From contig CAWAGQ010000004.1 in assembly GCA_963781585.1 (NCBI GenBank), positions 768,001-832,000 of the forward strand: a stretch of DNA of 64,000 nt. The letters are read 5' to 3'. Source of the stretch: an uncultured Gemmatimonadaceae bacterium (lineage in GTDB: Bacteria; Gemmatimonadota; Gemmatimonadetes; Gemmatimonadales; Gemmatimonadaceae). Shown in pieces: positions 60,893-64,000 of this stretch. A program made the translations under genes and the position numbers. Under the pieces are notes generated by a model. The model was not told where the DNA came from. It did not search any database and saw nothing but the letters and a program-made list of their open reading frames with translations. How positions within the stretch are numbered: position 1 is the stretch's first letter; each line of letters begins with the position of its first letter.

Positions 60893-61857
60893 GCCGGGAA
60901 GTCTCCATCGGCGAAGCCGGGGAGTGCCGAGCGACGCCGGCGCCGTCGCGGCCGCCCGGTGGTGAGCATCCGGAGATCCTCGAGCGTGGCGCAGCCACGC
61001 GACTCGGCCTCGTTCAGCAGACGCAACAGGATCTGGGCCGTGGCTACAGCGTCGCCGCCCGCCCGGTGGCGTGCTGTGTTGTTCACACCGTAGTAGCGTG
61101 CCAGGGAGTCGAGCGATCGCCGGCGCAGCTGCGGCAGAAGCGCCCGGGCCAGCCGCACCGTGCAGAGTCGCTCGCCCAGCAGGCGCGCGCCGCTCGCCCG
61201 CTGGAGCTCGGCAGCCAGGAAGCGCCAATCGAACGCCGCATTGTGCGCCACGAACAGATGCCCATCCAGCATGTCCGACACTTCCGCGGCGATGGTCCGG
61301 AATGGCGGCGCGTGCTTCACCATGCTCCACGAGATCCTGGTCAGCGCCGTAATGAATCTCGGGATGCTCCGTTCCGGATTCACCAGCGACTCATAGACGC
61401 TCGCGATCTCGCCGTTCCGAACAGTGACGGCCGCGACCTCCGTGATACGATCCCCGCCGAAGGGCCGTGTGCCGGTGGTCTCGACGTCGACCACCACGTA
61501 CGACAGCGACCCGAGCGCGGGCGGCCGCGCCGGGACCGGAATTCCCCGCCACTCGTGCCCGCCCTGCTGCGCGTTGCGATCGGGAATCCCGCGTCCGCCT
61601 GCCAGGGACCATCGGCCTTCGGAGTCTCGCGCGAAGTCCTTCGACCGCTCGAACAACGCAACCGCCATGTGCTCGGCGACCATGCGCGGCGGGCCCGGAA
61701 GCTGGCAGACGTACGCAATCAGCGCAGTGGCGGGCGCGGGACCGGCGGCCAGGAATGTGCGCGCACGGGCCACGAGCGCCGAATCCGGTACTTCCGTCCG
61801 CACGCCGAGCGGGAGCTCGGTCATTGGTCGATCGGTTCGTGCGATGGTCACGTCCAC
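60889..61857 (-). CDS. DEDDh 3'-5' exonuclease (DnaQ/PolC-epsilon-like); start could be 61851 or 61824
   Basis: VVVDVETTG, FVAHNAAFD and HRAGGDA. Confidence 0.9.
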   Translation of the reverse strand: MDVTIARTDRPMTELPLGVRTEVPDSALVARARTFLAAGPAPATALIAYVCQLPGPPRMVAEHMAVALFERSKDFARDSEGRWSLAGGRGIPDRNAQQGGHEWRGIPVPARPPALGSLSYVVVDVETTGTRPFGGDRITEVAAVTVRNGEIASVYESLVNPERSIPRFITALTRISWSMVKHAPPFRTIAAEVSDMLDGHLFVAHNAAFDWRFLAAELQRASGARLLGERLCTVRLARALLPQLRRRSLDSLARYYGVNNTARHRAGGDAVATAQILLRLLNEAESRGCATLEDLRMLTTGRPRRRRRRSALPGFADGDFPA

Positions 61858-63083
61858 GGATCGTCGCGCTCCACCGGGCAGGTCATGCAGCGCGGTCCAC
61901 CGCCTCCGCGTACCAGTTCGCTCCCCACCACCGTGATTGCAGCGCGGGTTCCTTCGTCGATCTCGTCCTGGGCCGACAGAAAAACGTTGGCGGGGATCAC
62001 TCGAAAGCCCACGCGCTCCAGCTCACGGAGCGTCTCCTCGTTGCGGGAATAGGAGATCACGACGCCGGGCCGCACGGCGACGAAGTTGCATCCCGAGGCC
62101 CACTGTTCGCGCTCCTGGACGATCCGTCGCGTCCCGCCGCAGAAGACCGGCTCCATCGTCAGACCGCACTCCTGCAGCGCGGCGAACACGTTGGGCATCT
62201 CCCGAAGCTGCGATTCTCCCTTGCTCCAGAGCAGGATCGGCAGGCGTTCGGGCCCGATGAAGTGGGGAGGATACACGACGCACAATTCGCGATCGATCTG
62301 CGTGAAGATCATGTCGAGGTGGATCGCGGAGTTCTCCTTCGGCATCACGACCACGATGACCTTCTCGATTGCCGTGTGCGCGAAGAGGAGTCGCGCGAGG
62401 TTGTCGATCGCCGCCGGACTCGATCGCTCGCTGAAGCCGATCATGATCGTGTCGCGACGCAGCGGGTGCACGTCTCCACCCTCGAGCGTATACGACAGCC
62501 GGCGCTCGGCGGAGCCGTCGTACAGCACGCCGCAGTTGCGGAGGATCGGGTGGAACATGAACAGGGCCTTCATGATGAGCTCTTCGCTCCAACGCACCCC
62601 GTAACGCATCGAGCCAATCATGACGTGCTCGTTGATGCCCATCGCCACGTCGCGGGTGAAATACAGATTGGGAAGCGGCGGGAGCTGAAAACCCGTCTCG
62701 TTGAGCGTGGCGCCCAGCGGGCCGGGCGATTCCTCTCGGCCCTCGATGAGGTAGTTGACCAGCGTTTTGGCCGGGAGTTCGTTCAACTCGCGGGCGAGGG
62801 GCTCCGAGGGCACGACGTCCATCGTTTCGCGGATCAGCAGCTCCCGTACCTCGGCGTTCCCCAGCACCTCGGCCAGGAGCGACGGTACGAAGTGGACGTC
62901 GGTGAAACGCTGGAGGACTGCCACGAAGCGGCGGTGCTCGCGACGAGCGGATTCGACGTCGATGATGTCGTCGTAGAGGTAGTCCTCGCGGGTGTCCGGG
63001 GTGACGGCCAGCAGTTCGCGGCCCGGGCTGTGGACGAGCACGGACCGAAGGCGGCCGATCTCGGAGGAGACACTGACGGGCAT
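61848..63083 (-). CDS. arcA: Arginine deiminase
   Basis: SEIGRLRSVLVHSPG, PNLYFTRD, LEGGD, HLD and ELVRGGGGPRCMTCP. Confidence 0.93.
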   Translation of the reverse strand: MPVSVSSEIGRLRSVLVHSPGRELLAVTPDTREDYLYDDIIDVESARREHRRFVAVLQRFTDVHFVPSLLAEVLGNAEVRELLIRETMDVVPSEPLARELNELPAKTLVNYLIEGREESPGPLGATLNETGFQLPPLPNLYFTRDVAMGINEHVMIGSMRYGVRWSEELIMKALFMFHPILRNCGVLYDGSAERRLSYTLEGGDVHPLRRDTIMIGFSERSSPAAIDNLARLLFAHTAIEKVIVVVMPKENSAIHLDMIFTQIDRELCVVYPPHFIGPERLPILLWSKGESQLREMPNVFAALQECGLTMEPVFCGGTRRIVQEREQWASGCNFVAVRPGVVISYSRNEETLRELERVGFRVIPANVFLSAQDEIDEGTRAAITVVGSELVRGGGGPRCMTCPVERDDPWT

Positions 63084-63106
63084 GGTGGCAATCTATGGGA
63101 AGGGCC

Positions 63107-63190
63107 CAGGCCAGAGATCATAGGCCAAAGGTCGTAGGCCAAAGGTGATAGGGCGAAGGGCATGGGCCAACGGTGACAGGCCAAAGGTCA
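63107..63190. repeat. Six degenerate 14-bp tandem units, consensus TAGGCCAAAGGTCA
   Basis: Units start at 63107, 63121, 63135, 63149, 63163 and 63177. Confidence 0.85.
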
Positions 63191-63239
63191 TGGCAGGCCT
63201 GTCCACCATGGGCTTCCCCCTCGGACCCGCTGAGCTAAC

Positions 63240-63257
63240 TTGTGAATGAATTCACAA
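63240..63257. promoter_or_regulatory. Rex operator
   Basis: TTGTGAATGAATTCACAA is a perfect TTGTGAA-N4-TTCACAA, directly upstream of rex. Confidence 0.9.
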
Positions 63258-63269
63258 GCTCGGCCTGCC

Positions 63270-63896
63270 GTGAAGCGTATTGCAGACAGTACGGTGCGCC
63301 GCCTTTCGGCGTACCTCCGTTTCCTCGAGGAAACGGGGCAACGGAACATCCCGACCATTTCCAGCGAAGAGCTGGCCAGACGTGGCGGGACTACGTCCGC
63401 CCAGGTGCGGAAGGACCTCTCCTTCTTCGGGTCCTTTGGGAAACGCGGCCTGGGCTATTCCGTTGCCGAACTCACCGGGAGCCTGCGCGGAATCCTCGGA
63501 CTGCATCGCGAGTGGAACGTGATCATCGTGGGCGCCGGCAAGATCGGCACCGCGCTCGCCCAGTACCATGGATTCGCCCAACGCGGGTTTCGCGTATCAG
63601 CCGCGTACGACACCGATCCGCGCAAGATCGGGTCGCAGTGGGACTCGGTCATTGTCCGCGACGCTGCCGACGTGGAGCGCGACGTCGCGCGGGAGAAGCC
63701 CGACATCGCCGTGCTGGCCGTACCCCCCGACCAGGCGCAGGCGGCCGCCGAGCGTCTGGTGCGTGCCGGCATCAAGGCTATCCTCAATTTCGCCCCAACC
63801 AGCATCCAGGTGCCTAACGACGTCAGCGTGCGCACGGTCAACATGGCCATGGAGCTGGAAGGTCTGAGCTTTACGCTCACCAACCGCGACCGCTGA
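63270..63896 (+). CDS. rex: Redox-sensing transcriptional repressor Rex
   Basis: TVRRLSAY, QVRKDLSFFGSFGKRGLGY, GAGKIG and ILNFAP. Start is GTG 63270 or ATG 63246. Confidence 0.96.
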   Translation: MKRIADSTVRRLSAYLRFLEETGQRNIPTISSEELARRGGTTSAQVRKDLSFFGSFGKRGLGYSVAELTGSLRGILGLHREWNVIIVGAGKIGTALAQYHGFAQRGFRVSAAYDTDPRKIGSQWDSVIVRDAADVERDVAREKPDIAVLAVPPDQAQAAAERLVRAGIKAILNFAPTSIQVPNDVSVRTVNMAMELEGLSFTLTNRDR

Positions 63897-64000
63897 CGAG
63901 TGCCAGCGCCGCCGGGGCGCGTACGCGCGCGCCGGCCGGGGGCCCCTGCGCCTTCCTTCCCCGGGCCATGTCGAGTAGCGTGGTTCCCCGGGACGACTGG

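Noticed and set aside
60014..61857. Exonuclease plus MBL hydrolase as an anti-phage defence pair
   Set aside because: Both belong to widespread housekeeping-type families, have host-like codon usage and sit in a core context with no mobility or defence genes.

Overview
High-GC (roughly 70% by eye) bacterial chromosomal window. Gene order and protein sequences suggest Gemmatimonadota (inference). It is almost all core genes, mostly on the minus strand: dut-ald-M16-pnp-rpsO; rplM-rpsI-rpsB-tsf-pyrH-frr-uppS-cdsA-dxr-rseP; acyl-CoA carboxylase genes with an RlmD-like methyltransferase; an M20-asd-lysC-dapB-dapA-dapD-aroA-cmk-rpsA run; tRNA-Gly and tRNA-Leu; galK with a GH125-like gene; infC-rpmI-rplT-pheST-zapA-(6S-like RNA)-rny-folD-xseAB-ispA-dxs-nadK-recN; and arcA divergent from rex. 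I saw no CRISPR array, transposase, integrase or prophage gene. The strongest unexplained signal is a non-palindromic octamer, CGTTAGGC/GCCTAACG. I counted 24 copies, almost all written into coding sequence through rare codons (TTA-GGC, CCT-AAC). There is also a seven-unit array of its variants phased at 11 bp, just downstream of recN. Other points of interest: a membrane-anchored protein with a degenerate [FeFe]-hydrogenase/Nar1-like Cys domain, an L20-leader-like attenuator before an AUU-start infC, a perfect Rex operator and a 14-bp repeat between arcA and rex, and a cluster of frameshifts in essential genes (about 9-14.8 kb) that are probably sequencing errors.
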